Notes: generated by a model not told the origin, from the sequence alone. A stretch of DNA of 64,000 nt from Candidatus Borrarchaeum weybense (GCA_019057385.1 JAHQJS010000004.1:480001-544000), one strand, 5' to 3'; numbered from the stretch's first letter, positions 21,067 to 31,678 are shown. Numbers and translations: made by a program.

Positions 21067-21221
21067 CGATCTATGACGCCAATTTGTTAGAAACGGTATG
21101 GATGATTAGAATTTGAACTTAGTTTAGTAAAAAGCGTAATATGCTCTTAGCTCTTCATTTGATCTATGATATTCTTATTAAAAAAATTAGTATAATATAC
21201 AGTTTGGAGGATTGGAAAATA

Positions 21222-21476
21222 ATGATTATTAAAAAAAGAGACGGAAAGAAGGAACGGTTTATTCCTGAAAAAATTTTAGTGAGTTCTATAAAAGCAGGAG
21301 CTCCTCCTGAAGTTGCTCGAGAAATTGCGAAAAAAATTGAAGCACAACTCTCAGGTCTAAATGAAATGAGCACGACAGAACTTCGTGATATGATCTTAAA
21401 TATGCTGAGTGAAAAAAACCCAGAATGGAAAGAAAATTGGGTAGCATATGATAGGTCAGTTAAGAAAAGGAGATAA
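21222..21476 (+). CDS. Stand-alone ATP-cone domain protein
   Basis: IIKKRDGKKERFIPEKILVSSIKAG; GGAGG upstream. Confidence 0.85.
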   Translation: MIIKKRDGKKERFIPEKILVSSIKAGAPPEVAREIAKKIEAQLSGLNEMSTTELRDMILNMLSEKNPEWKENWVAYDRSVKKRR

Positions 21477-21605
21477 GAACTTTCTTAGTTATCAAATTTC
21501 TTTTCTTAAATGAAATAGATAACTAGAGTTAGTGATATCTGAACCATTAATGACAAGAAGTATTCTATTTTACCTTTTCGGAAGCAAAAATAAGGCCTGT
21601 CACTG

Positions 21606-22688
21606 TCATAACCACTTTTTCATCCGAAAATAAATTGTCATTACGAGACCTAAAGCAAACATCATAAGTAATGTGAATGGATAACCAAACTGCCATTCCA
21701 GCTCTGGCATAAGCTTAAAGTTCATTCCATAAATACCCGCAATTAGCGTTAAAGGGATAAATATTGTAGCAATAATCGTCAGTACTTTCATAACTTCGTT
21801 CATTTTATTACTGATACTTGAAAGATAAATATCAAACATTCCAGAAAGCATGTCACGGTATGTTTCTACGGCATCGATTACCTGAATTGTATGATCATAA
21901 ACATCTCTAAGATATATGTCAGTAGATTCACGAATAAGAGGGTTCTCTAATCTTTCCAATCTACTGATTACCTCTCTTAAAGGCCAAACTGACTTACGTA
22001 ACGCTATCATCTCTCTTTTTAATTTATGGAGCTGGTGCAAAGTTTCGGAGGTAGGATTTTCAACCAATTCTTCTTCTAAAAATTCAATCGTCTCTCCAAC
22101 TTTTTCTAGAATGATGAAATAGTTATCAACAATAGTATCTAACAAAGTATAAGCAAGATAATCTGATCCTTGTTTTCTAATACGGCCTACCAAATTTCTA
22201 ATTCGTTCTCTAATTGGGTCAAAAACATCAGTTGGCTGTTCCTGAAAGGAAATAACGAAATTTGAGCCAAGAATTAAACTGATCTGCTCTATTTTTATTT
22301 CATTTTCTTCATAATAAAGCATTTTCAAAACAACAAAGATGTAACTTTCAAAATCATCTATTTTTGGACGTTGTTCTGTATTTAAAATGTCCTCAAGAAT
22401 GAGAGGGTGTATTTCAAAATGGTTTCCTAATTTTTCTATGATCTCTACTTCATGAATGCCATCAATGTTTATCCATGTTACAGTTGGAGTATCTTTAAAG
22501 GGAAAACATTCTTCAATCGTCTTAACTTCCTTCTCCTGAAATTGGGTTTCATCGTAGTCAAAGTATGATATCTTAATTTTTTCAACTCTTTTCTCTCCGA
22601 CGTGAACTGGAGTTCCTGGTGGAAGTCCTGCCTTTTTTGATCTTTTCCTTAATTTGGGTACTTTCATTTTCTCTCTGAGTCTAGACAT
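21606..22688 (-). CDS. corA: Magnesium/cobalt transporter CorA
   Basis: GLPPGT, HPLILEDI, YLRDVYDH, GIYGMNF, MPEL. Confidence 0.95.
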   Translation of the reverse strand: MSRLREKMKVPKLRKRSKKAGLPPGTPVHVGEKRVEKIKISYFDYDETQFQEKEVKTIEECFPFKDTPTVTWINIDGIHEVEIIEKLGNHFEIHPLILEDILNTEQRPKIDDFESYIFVVLKMLYYEENEIKIEQISLILGSNFVISFQEQPTDVFDPIRERIRNLVGRIRKQGSDYLAYTLLDTIVDNYFIILEKVGETIEFLEEELVENPTSETLHQLHKLKREMIALRKSVWPLREVISRLERLENPLIRESTDIYLRDVYDHTIQVIDAVETYRDMLSGMFDIYLSSISNKMNEVMKVLTIIATIFIPLTLIAGIYGMNFKLMPELEWQFGYPFTLLMMFALGLVMTIYFRMKKWL

Positions 22689-23036
22689 TACAACCCCCTT
22701 CTATTCAACGAGCGTCTCATTTTAAATCAACTTCGTGAAATTATGATTCAATCATTTACTAACGAGACGAGACTAATAAAGCTGTTTTTAATTTCTATTC
22801 ATTCATGTTTCAAAGAAAATGTTGAACTGGGCTCTTAATTTGTTCAAACAAAATGCAAATTTCCCTGACTAAACTAATTCTAACATACCGAAACCTAATG
22901 TTTTTAAATAGATTTTCTACAGACATGCAATAAAACCAATTAATTTTACTTATTTGGTTTTTGACTATTGACGCATAAAAGAGGTCTTTTAATTCCTTGC
23001 ATCCCACCTCATAAAAAGAGATTTTATTAGAAAAAC

Positions 23037-23876
23037 GTGGAAGGTGATTACATGCAAACAGCATTTGAAAATTTGTTAGATCCTATTGCTGCTATTAGTT
23101 CAGTAATAATTCAAAATCTACCGAATCTTATTCTTGCCTTTATTATCCTTATAGCCACTGCTATTATACTGCCAATTGTCAAAAGATCGATACGGAGAGC
23201 TGGAGACCGCTCACATTTACCAAGAGATGTAATTTCAACTATAAATAAATTAGTTCAATGGACCATCCTTTTGGTCGTATTCATTATAATCTTGAATATA
23301 TTTGGTTTGCAACAATTTTGGCTAGCCACGGTTATTCCAATTATATTCGGTACAGTTATTGGTTTTGCCTCTATTGCAACAATTGGAAACATGATTGCTG
23401 GGATCATTATTATGTTCACTAGGCCCTTTAAAATCGGTGATTTAATCCAAATGGGCGAGGATATCGCAGAGGTAAAAGAAATTACAATTATTTACACAAA
23501 GGTCGAAAAGGGAGAAGGTTTATTGTATATTCCTAATGCTGATTTTCTAAGAAATAAGTTCATAAATTATGATCAAAAACCCGCGATAATTCGAACGATT
23601 ACCTTTACAGCGGGATATGAAATTGATACTACTATGATAGAATCAATTGTGCTCAAAGCGGTTAAAGATGTTGAAGGTGTTCTAGAAAATCCTTCCCCTG
23701 TTATAAGAACAGATCTGTTTCAAGACTTCGCTCAACAATATAAACTGATTTATAATATTAAAGACTTTAGACAGAGAGGACGCATTGAAGGCGACATTCG
23801 CAGAAACATAGTCAAAGCATTTAAAGAAAATGGCATTGATTTACCGACAAGTCATCTTGTAAGTCTAACTCAATAG
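23037..23876 (+). CDS. MscS-family mechanosensitive channel
   Basis: NMIAGIIIMFTRPFKIGD, IPN. Confidence 0.9.
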   Translation: MEGDYMQTAFENLLDPIAAISSVIIQNLPNLILAFIILIATAIILPIVKRSIRRAGDRSHLPRDVISTINKLVQWTILLVVFIIILNIFGLQQFWLATVIPIIFGTVIGFASIATIGNMIAGIIIMFTRPFKIGDLIQMGEDIAEVKEITIIYTKVEKGEGLLYIPNADFLRNKFINYDQKPAIIRTITFTAGYEIDTTMIESIVLKAVKDVEGVLENPSPVIRTDLFQDFAQQYKLIYNIKDFRQRGRIEGDIRRNIVKAFKENGIDLPTSHLVSLTQ

Positions 23877-23881
23877 ACTAA

Positions 23882-23910
23882 CCTCATCGCTTTAGCGTGA
23901 TGGAGCTCAC
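23882..23910 (+). mobile_element. Solo IS605/TnpB-type right-end remnant
   Basis: CCTCATCGCTTTAGCGTGATGGAGCTCAC resembles CCTCAATGCGTTAGCACGAGGTAGCTCAC at 28676-28704. Confidence 0.5.
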
Positions 23911-24857
23911 TTTGGGAATCCAACAATATCTATGGTCGCAGAAGCTATTTTAATTCTCTCATTTTTTTGAATTTCTTCCAGAATCTTTTGGCTTAATTTG
24001 TGACGCAACGATCTTCTTTTTTTTGCTTCCGTCACATATCTGATATTAAAAGATATCCAATTATCTGTCAGTTTTAGAAATATATTGGGTTCAACAATGC
24101 GCTTTTCTATGTAGTATATCTCTTCGAGTTGTTCGATTTCTTTTTCTGCTTTTTCTGCTAAATGTTTTGTAAGTTCTCTGACGGCAGTCATAATTGTGTC
24201 ATATGCTTCCTTCCAATCACTATCATAGGTGATAGGGATCATAATTTCATCCCAGATAAAGCTATGGTCTTTAGTAAAGTTGTAAATAGTACTTGATAAA
24301 ACGTAGCTATTTGGAATTATTGCCAACCTGCCTGTTGGTTGATCTCCATCCACCCATCCTTGTATTTCAAGAATAGTAGTGTATAAAATATGAATATCAA
24401 TTACGTCACCTACAATCTTCTGGATTTCAATTCTATCTCCCACAGTGTAAAGTCTATTCACGTAGATGATTATTCCGCCTGCAAGGCTCTTAAACAGATC
24501 TTGTAGAGCGATAGCGATACCAGCGGCAACAACACCATAAGCAACAAAAAGAGTTTGCGGTTGTTCTATCCATATTGTAGTTAAAACAACTAGAAATGCC
24601 AAAATATATAGAATTGAAACAATTTTTTTGAAGGAATACTTGGTTTTAGTTTCTTTTATTTGTTTGACAACAGCTTCTTCAATAATTACCCTAAATATTA
24701 TATAAATGATACCAAATGCAAGCACTGTATAAAATGCATTTAAAAGATATATCTTAGGAAAAGCAAATAATAACGATATCGTTGTATATAAAAGATTTGC
24801 CAACCAGAGTAAAATCGTTCCTATGATCCATAGTATTACTATAATCGCCTTTTTCAT
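23907..24857 (-). CDS. MscS-family mechanosensitive channel
   Basis: GIAIALQD, YTVGDRIEI, GDVIDI, IPNS, WDEI. Confidence 0.9.
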   Translation of the reverse strand: MKKAIIVILWIIGTILLWLANLLYTTISLLFAFPKIYLLNAFYTVLAFGIIYIIFRVIIEEAVVKQIKETKTKYSFKKIVSILYILAFLVVLTTIWIEQPQTLFVAYGVVAAGIAIALQDLFKSLAGGIIIYVNRLYTVGDRIEIQKIVGDVIDIHILYTTILEIQGWVDGDQPTGRLAIIPNSYVLSSTIYNFTKDHSFIWDEIMIPITYDSDWKEAYDTIMTAVRELTKHLAEKAEKEIEQLEEIYYIEKRIVEPNIFLKLTDNWISFNIRYVTEAKKRRSLRHKLSQKILEEIQKNERIKIASATIDIVGFPK

Positions 24858-25236
24858 GTATTGCCAGTATTCATCGTTTTTATATTAAATGCTTTTGCTA
24901 TTTCAATTGCAAGCGGTTTCTGGTTTAAACAAATATGCTAACAAGATTATAATAAGCTAAAGAAGTCATTGTGTTAGTATCTTGTCAATGTAACTCCCGT
25001 GGTGACCTCATGCTAATTCTTGTTGGCGTGCTAGAATGTTTTGGCTGATATTCGCCATATCATAGATTATATAGACATCTTGTTGATGTTGCAAGCGGAA
25101 TTCTGTTTCATTCAAAATCTCGACCTAAAACCGTTCAAATCGGAAATCAACTGTCTTGAAATGCACATACCACAAGGGATAAATTATAGAATCTACAAAA
25201 AACGGTGCAAAAAATAGTTTATGGAGTGAATAAGAC

Positions 25237-25602
25237 ATGGCTAGAGAAAGACCATTGGGCGTTACTCTTTTAGCAATTGTAGTCTATATTGTCGGCATTA
25301 TAGTCTTAGTTCGAGGTTTAATCTTCGTGGGGTTAGTAAGTTTCGCACTACTTACGACACCATCATGGGCGTTAGGCAATGAAGTGATTCTCGGAATTGG
25401 TTGGATATTCCTAGCGCTTGTTGTGATGGCTGTAGGCAGCGCATTATGGTATATGAAGAAGTGGGCTTGGTTTGCCACTACAATATTCGCAGTGATCGGT
25501 GTAATACTTTCAGGAGCAGGCTTACCTGCAACTTGGCTCACATTTGGGGCATTTCTGGTTTTACTAATATACCTCATATTTGCAATTAGATATTTCAGGT
25601 AA
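25237..25602 (+). CDS. Small 4-TM membrane protein
   Basis: RPLGVTLLA...LWYMKKWAW pattern. Confidence 0.75.
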   Translation: MARERPLGVTLLAIVVYIVGIIVLVRGLIFVGLVSFALLTTPSWALGNEVILGIGWIFLALVVMAVGSALWYMKKWAWFATTIFAVIGVILSGAGLPATWLTFGAFLVLLIYLIFAIRYFR

Positions 25603-25782
25603 AACAAACCGAGCTAACAAGATAATGATATACTATTTTTTTTTTAATTACCAATAACAACTAATTATCAGTAATGTAGATAAACTAAATACCAAGTTAA
25701 GAAGCTTTTAATAGTTGAATCTATGCATATTTTTATAATGTATAAATTTCTATGAAAAAATAAGAATAAGGAGCGACAAACA

Positions 25783-27921
25783 ATGTCTTTTAAGGAAGTC
25801 GATGAGAAGGAAAGCGAAGAAGAGGAAGAAGAAGAGGAAGAAGAACTTGAAAAACGAAGAGCACCACCAAAACCTGTGACAAAGGAATATGTTCCAAAGG
25901 TTAAGGAAGGAACACTTTTATTCGAAGTGCCACGAGGGAGAGTAGTTGCTGATCTTAAAGAAGAAGACCTTGAACTTATTGCCGAGAAAGATGTAACCCC
26001 AGCTTGGAAAAAGGCTGGCGAATCAAATGAAAAAAGAGTTCTAGTGATCAACTCTGAGACCGCGAGTGCTGTATTTAAGGCAGATGGCACGGTTGAAAAA
26101 ACAGAAGCAACAGGTCTTATAGGTTTTTACAATCCGAACAAGAAAAATAGAGTTTGGGATATCGATAGCTATTGGGAAAACCTTGCCAAGACCAATTTAG
26201 CCGCTAGAGACGGCTTATGCCACATTGATGTCTATGAACTTGAACCTGGTGAATTTCGTGCTAAATCGTACGCTTTAAAGGAAGTAGAACCTTTACTAAC
26301 GCTTAACGTATCCGTAAACACAACCCCTGGAAAGGAAAAGGGACCTAATGTCCTAATAAAAGATAAAGAAACTGTTGCCGAAGTAACGGTTACAGCTACC
26401 AATGTATCAAAAACAAAGTTAGAAAATATAACAGTCGAAAAAGACTTGGGTGGATTTGGAAGCGCGAGTGATGCAAAAGCCAAGGCAGGCACCACCAAAC
26501 TAGAAGACAAAAAAGTTGTGTGGTCAGGGTTAAGTTTAGATCCTAATGGCGCTCAATCAATGACCTTTAAAGTTCCAATGAGTGCAAAAACGATAGATCC
26601 TCTAAAACTAGGTGATATCACTGCCAGCTATGTAGCGCCCGATATGACGATATCAGGTATTGCATTTATGGGATCGGATGGTTACACCAAAAACGTGACC
26701 TGGATCGATAAGGATGAGATGGATATGAGTCCCGGTCGCTGGAACTGTGCGGTCGAGTTCGAAAACCTGTCCACCTTTGAAGTCTTGCTTCGTGAAGTGG
26801 AGGTCTATCGCCAGACAGCCGAAGAACACATCTTCAAGAAACGCTCGGATAAACGGCAACAACTGATAGTTGACGAGGAGCGCCTTGACATAACGCTTAG
26901 CCCGGATACTGAGAATAAATGGACCAAAAGCTTTGTGTTCCCGGATCCAAAAGAAGAACCGATTATGAAACTGCCCAGTTTTGGTCAAAAAGTTGATTTC
27001 TCAGTCAAAAGCATGTTTCTGAGGGAACTCACTGGCTCTGTAGTACAATACGGTGGTGTAGTTACCATCGCAGATATGGAAGTAGAAAAGGCGTATAGAC
27101 TAAAGGAAGTTAGCGCTGCCGAAAAAAAGGCGAATGTAACAACATTAAAGGCATGCAATACTGGTTCAGCACCATTAGATGACTTAACTTTCAATGAAAC
27201 GATCCCTCCCGGCTTTGATGTTGACCCAGGTACTGTAAAAGCATATATTGTTCGACCAGGTGCAGATAAAGTAGATATTACAAGATCAATAAGGACTACG
27301 CCCCCAAGAGAGAAAGATCTTAAGAAGGAAAGAAAATTAACCATTTTACTTGAGAACGTCAATAAAGCAGACGCAATCCGTGCAATCAAGCCAAAAGAGT
27401 GCATTGAGATAAACTATGATCTTCAACCAATGTCTCCTGAGCCCGGCAAAGAATTTACTTCAAAAGTTGATGTAATAGGTAATGTTTTGGTACCGTTTCC
27501 AGCAGGAGAAGAACTACGTGCTAGTGCAGAAGATAAGATTGGCGTAAAGCCATATGTCTGGCGTAAGGTACGTGTTGGAAAATCTATCCAAGAAGGTGCG
27601 ACCAAAGGCGAATATGCAATTGCGATATACTACAAGAATAAAATGAAGCCTGGGGAACTTGCACTAGTGACTGATGATGAGGCAAGCTTGCCCGATATTA
27701 GTGTCAAGGATATCCTGCCTGAAGGCTTTAAATTGGTATCAAGTACTCCAGCAGTTACCGATCAAAAACCGAGGCTAATTGAAGGTAAAAGCTTTACTGT
27801 CTTAGAATGGGCCATTCAAGATATCCGACCCGATCAAATGGTGGAGATTAAATATTTCATTAAAGGCGAGCCTGGGGCTGTATATAAAGCCAAAGAAGCA
27901 CAAGCGCTTCTTACTGCGTAA
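25783..27921 (+). CDS. Large beta-sandwich protein with mu-homology-domain (adaptin/delta-COP)-like and DUF11-like segments
   Basis: 712 aa, acidic N-terminus; VLVINSETASAVFKADGTVEKTEATGLI, KVVWSGLSL and ITASYVAPDMTISGI resemble MHD strands. CDS is secure; family call is tentative. Confidence 0.7.
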   Translation: MSFKEVDEKESEEEEEEEEEELEKRRAPPKPVTKEYVPKVKEGTLLFEVPRGRVVADLKEEDLELIAEKDVTPAWKKAGESNEKRVLVINSETASAVFKADGTVEKTEATGLIGFYNPNKKNRVWDIDSYWENLAKTNLAARDGLCHIDVYELEPGEFRAKSYALKEVEPLLTLNVSVNTTPGKEKGPNVLIKDKETVAEVTVTATNVSKTKLENITVEKDLGGFGSASDAKAKAGTTKLEDKKVVWSGLSLDPNGAQSMTFKVPMSAKTIDPLKLGDITASYVAPDMTISGIAFMGSDGYTKNVTWIDKDEMDMSPGRWNCAVEFENLSTFEVLLREVEVYRQTAEEHIFKKRSDKRQQLIVDEERLDITLSPDTENKWTKSFVFPDPKEEPIMKLPSFGQKVDFSVKSMFLRELTGSVVQYGGVVTIADMEVEKAYRLKEVSAAEKKANVTTLKACNTGSAPLDDLTFNETIPPGFDVDPGTVKAYIVRPGADKVDITRSIRTTPPREKDLKKERKLTILLENVNKADAIRAIKPKECIEINYDLQPMSPEPGKEFTSKVDVIGNVLVPFPAGEELRASAEDKIGVKPYVWRKVRVGKSIQEGATKGEYAIAIYYKNKMKPGELALVTDDEASLPDISVKDILPEGFKLVSSTPAVTDQKPRLIEGKSFTVLEWAIQDIRPDQMVEIKYFIKGEPGAVYKAKEAQALLTA

Positions 27922-28401
27922 TTGTACCCCCTCACATTTTTTTTTATTTTGTAAGTCCAATTGTTGAGTTCAAATCTTTTATTTTCATAAATAAGTCAAG
28001 ATCAATCTTTGGTGTTTTTCTGGGTAAATGAGTTTCTAATTTCGTAATTTTTTTGAATTCATCAGCGATGCTAATCAATATTTCTTCTTTTTATAAATAA
28101 GACGAAACGTCTAGTTTTTTTTCTGCGCGGAAGAAGATGCGAACGTCGCTATAGACACGATCCTAACCATCCCCTTCTAAGGTTTCGTTCGTTGTTAGAC
28201 ACCATTTATTCCATGTATAATAGTTAAAAAATTCCGTTGGGAATACTTCAAGTAGTAACTCTAATTTGTATGGATCTTCGCTTTCGAATATTAAGATCGA
28301 TATATCAATTTCTTTGACATCCAGTTCAGGAAGTTCATTTTCGAGTTCTGTTAAGAGTTCGTCAGTTATTTTCATAATTATGCTTCTCTTGAGTAGTTAA
28401 T

Positions 28402-28704
28402 CAAGAAAGCACTTCAGTTTCAGCGTGTGATGAATGGCAGGAGTGAGTGTTCACTTTCATCACGTGCATCGAGGGGTCTCCCTGTAGTTATATAGATGGT
28501 ATGACGAAGATAGTAACGGTTATTGGAGGGATAATACGTATACTTGTACGCAAGGTGCATACTTCAATGGCAGAACGATAGTTCAAAGTACCTACGGGGC
28601 GTAGGGATGTTAAGCCTGTGGAGATAAGACCTCCGTAACCCGCAAGGGGATCGAGTCTGTCGTAGAAGCAGGGAGCCTCAATGCGTTAGCACGAGGTAGC
28701 TCAC
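28402..28704 (+). mobile_element. Non-autonomous IS605/TnpB-derived miniature element with omegaRNA-like 3' part (~28588-28704)
   Basis: GTACCTACGGGGCGTAGGGATGTTAAGCCTGTGGAG...GAAGCAGGGAGCCTC...GGTAGCTCAC resembles tnpB 3'/right ends; left boundary approximate. Confidence 0.65.
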
Positions 28705-28962
28705 TGCGTAACCTTTTCTATTCCTTTATTTTTTTATATTTTTAGATTTTTTATATGAATCTAGATCCCTAGCTTTTTGAAAATTTGATTGCAGAAATAA
28801 TAGGCACGCTAATTATCACTTTAGATTATCTATAACTCTAAATGGATCTTTATGTCTCAATTCTATAGTTCAAGTCCCCTCTATAAAGAATGATTAATGC
28901 GATAAAATAATAAGTAAGGCAAACAAAGATACAATTAGAATATTTGGGCGATCCTGTTTGAG

Positions 28963-29544
28963 TTGATCTCCCCGCTCCAGGAGGCTAATGCAGAGATGGG
29001 TTATATCGGTTTTCTTGGTTCAGCGATCTATGATTCTAAGGGGAAACCTTTTGGCACGATCGAAAGATTTGTTCAATTTATTGGTACTGTAATTCTAGAA
29101 GTCAAACTATCTGAGGAGATCAATGGATTAGATCAGATCCAAATCCCATTAGTAGAATGTATCATCAAAAATGATTCCATTTCCACGAAGAAATCAATTA
29201 AATCAATTTTAAACGCTGAAAAAAAGAAGAAAAAGGATGAACTAAAGGAAGAACAAGAACGTTTCAAAAAAATGCTAGAAAAAAGAAGGATGCTTTCAGA
29301 GCCCGAATCTGTAGCACCAGTTAATAATGATTCGTTAGTTTCAGAAGTTCCATCAGTTTTAAAAGAGAAAGAAGGACCTTCAACGCCTGCTGATTGGATT
29401 ATCTGCCCAAATTGCGATTCTGCTTTAAAAGAACTTTACCGGTTCTGCCCTTATTGTTCAGAGCCTCTTCCATATTGTCCAAATTGCGGAAAACCCGTTA
29501 AAGAAGATTTCAAAGCATGTCCACACTGTGGAAGCCGTCTTTAA
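28963..29544 (+). CDS. Protein with PRC-barrel-like N-terminus and double zinc ribbon
   Basis: IYDSKGKPFGTI; CPNC/CPYC/CPNCG/CPHCG. Confidence 0.8.
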   Translation: MISPLQEANAEMGYIGFLGSAIYDSKGKPFGTIERFVQFIGTVILEVKLSEEINGLDQIQIPLVECIIKNDSISTKKSIKSILNAEKKKKKDELKEEQERFKKMLEKRRMLSEPESVAPVNNDSLVSEVPSVLKEKEGPSTPADWIICPNCDSALKELYRFCPYCSEPLPYCPNCGKPVKEDFKACPHCGSRL

Positions 29545-29706
29545 CCACATTATTTCTTGGCTTCTAGACATCTAATTGCTATATAAAAATCTTTTAAAAT
29601 TTGGAAAATGTTATAATGTATTCTAACTAATTATTTAATGAGAGTATATATCCCGACTTGATCTATGTATGCTCAAAGAGTTCTTTTGTGTAAGCATTTC
29701 CGGATG

Positions 29707-29940
29707 GTCAAAAGCCCCACTTTTTTCAGCGGGGTTTGTGATGGTGGTAGCAATGCAAATTTTGTCTAGCCTCAGTTCTTGCCAATTTCTGGAAGAACTA
29801 CGCCTTGCAGGCTATAAGAATGTCGGGGATGCCTCCCTAGTCCCCTCCTCTTCGACAGAACCACTGAATGTTATGGCTCTCAATGAGACCCTAAACCTGC
29901 TTGGCATTGGCGAAGGGAAACTTGACTCTGACAGGGAGAC
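29707..29940 (+). ncRNA. omegaRNA (HEARO-like) of IsrB
   Basis: Starts GTCAAAAGCCCCAC hairpin; CTAGCCTCAG, ACTACG, GATGCCTCCCTAGTC and CATTGGCGAAGGGA blocks parallel the omegaRNA at 58710-58985. Confidence 0.75.
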
Positions 29941-29944
29941 CGCA

Positions 29945-30991
29945 ATCGGTAGAATTCCTGTCGTCAGCAAAAGCAATGTACCCTTAATGCCATGTCGACC
30001 AACAAAGGCGAGAAAACTGTTAGCGCAAGGAAAGGCCATCAAAAAACGCAACAAACTAGGTGTCTTCTACCTTCATCTACAATTTGACCCACAAATGCCC
30101 GTTATACAACCCTTAGCCGTAGGCGTGGATCCTGGTACGCAGTTTGAGGGCTTTTCGGTAGTTGGCAAACATGATACAGTAGTTAATATAATGTCTGAGT
30201 CAGTTACCTGGGTGAAACAAGCAATCGAAAAACGAAGAAATGCTAGGCGGGCGCGTAGAAACCGAAAAACACGAAGGCGAAAATGTAAAAAACATAGACG
30301 AACAAATCAATCTTTACTTCCGCCGTCAACCAAGGCACGCTGGGACGTAAAATTACGAATTATTCGCCAGTTATGCAAAATACTGCCTTTAAGATATGCG
30401 GTTGTAGAAGATATACGTGCTGTCACCAAGAAAAACCAGCAACGATGGAATAGAAATTTCAGTCCATTAGAGGTCGGAAAGAACTATTTTTATTCCGAAT
30501 TAAAAAATCTGGGGTTAATTGTAATACTTGCGCAAGGTAATGAAACCAAACGCTTACGAGAACTATTTGGATTGAAAAAGCGGAATGGTAAGTCAATACC
30601 GGTCTTTGAAACACATTGTATTGATGCTTGGGTGCTTGCAACGGCGATTACCGGAGCATTATTTCCGACTACAAAGAGTTTGTATTATATAGTACCTTTA
30701 CAGTTTCATAGGAGGCAGTTACACAGATTTAAATGCAGTAAAGGCGGTGTCAGACGACGATATGGTGGGACTATGTCGCTGGATCTGAAAAAAGGCACTT
30801 TAATACGTCACAAAAAACACGGTTTATGTTATATAGGCGGAAACCGGAATAACCGGTTAAGTTTACATTGTTATAAGACAGGTAAAAGAATCTCAAGAAG
30901 TGGTAAGAAAGAAGATTTCAAAATATTAACAAAGATACCATTTAGGACGCAATTCATTCCCCTGCCAAAGCAGGGAATACAATTGCGGTGA
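29945..30991 (+). CDS. isrB: IsrB (PLMP + split RuvC, no HNH) RNA-guided nickase
   Basis: PLMP, GVDPG, arginine-rich bridge helix RRARRNRK, VVEDI, HCIDA; no HNH insert; ~348 aa from the ATC; start uncertain. Confidence 0.85.
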   Translation: MGRIPVVSKSNVPLMPCRPTKARKLLAQGKAIKKRNKLGVFYLHLQFDPQMPVIQPLAVGVDPGTQFEGFSVVGKHDTVVNIMSESVTWVKQAIEKRRNARRARRNRKTRRRKCKKHRRTNQSLLPPSTKARWDVKLRIIRQLCKILPLRYAVVEDIRAVTKKNQQRWNRNFSPLEVGKNYFYSELKNLGLIVILAQGNETKRLRELFGLKKRNGKSIPVFETHCIDAWVLATAITGALFPTTKSLYYIVPLQFHRRQLHRFKCSKGGVRRRYGGTMSLDLKKGTLIRHKKHGLCYIGGNRNNRLSLHCYKTGKRISRSGKKEDFKILTKIPFRTQFIPLPKQGIQLR

Positions 30992-31081
30992 TCAATATGG
31001 AAAGATTAGTCTCCCCTGTTTTTTTTGGTGGTGTTAAAACACCATTTAATTGAAAGAATCAGTTTCGATTGAGGGTGAATA

Positions 31082-31678
31082 ATGACAGTAGAATTCAGAA
31101 AGGAAAAAACACTTGAAGTTGCCTTAAGGCAATGGATTAAAAAAATTAAAGCTCTGCGTGGAGCATATACTGATAATCAAGCCAAGTTGGCAGAATTTAT
31201 TAAAGGAGAACTTCCCAAACTCCTGGATGCAGCAGAAAGTATTCCCGCGGAGAATACTGTAAATCTTGAGACACTTAAAGGATTAAGGGACAAACATGCT
31301 AGCATTTTTGATGATTCACAAACTCTACTCGAAAGCATGTCAGAGCAGCTAAGAAACCTTATTCTGCTAGCTGAAGATATTAATGGTATGGAGTTCAAAT
31401 CAGATATCCCTACTTCTTTAAGAAATCAATTACTAGAAGAAGAAATTCTTTTAGAAAAATGTGATGGGGCCTTAATCGATTTATCAAAGACCCTTCCTCT
31501 ATATTTAAGTGATGCGCAAAACGATATCAAAGAAACTATCAAAAACAGCACCCTTCTTGCCTTCGCTAATTTTCAAGATGGAATACTTGAAACTGAAAAA
31601 ACTTTGGATTCACTCTTTAGTATTTTAAGGGAGAATCTGCAACTAGCCAAAGACTTAGAACGATCTAGAATATCTTAA
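31082..31678 (+). CDS. Hypothetical helical protein
   Basis: 198-aa ORF with GAGGGTGA RBS. Confidence 0.7.
   Translation: MTVEFRKEKTLEVALRQWIKKIKALRGAYTDNQAKLAEFIKGELPKLLDAAESIPAENTVNLETLKGLRDKHASIFDDSQTLLESMSEQLRNLILLAEDINGMEFKSDIPTSLRNQLLEEEILLEKCDGALIDLSKTLPLYLSDAQNDIKETIKNSTLLAFANFQDGILETEKTLDSLFSILRENLQLAKDLERSRIS

Noticed and set aside
25810-25850. GAA/GAG-rich tract
   Set aside because: It simply encodes the poly-Glu N-terminus of the 25783 gene.
29669-29944. N-terminal 92 aa of the tracked 440-aa ORF as a real protein domain
   Set aside because: It overlaps the omegaRNA-like sequence, and IsrB homology starts at RIPVVS.
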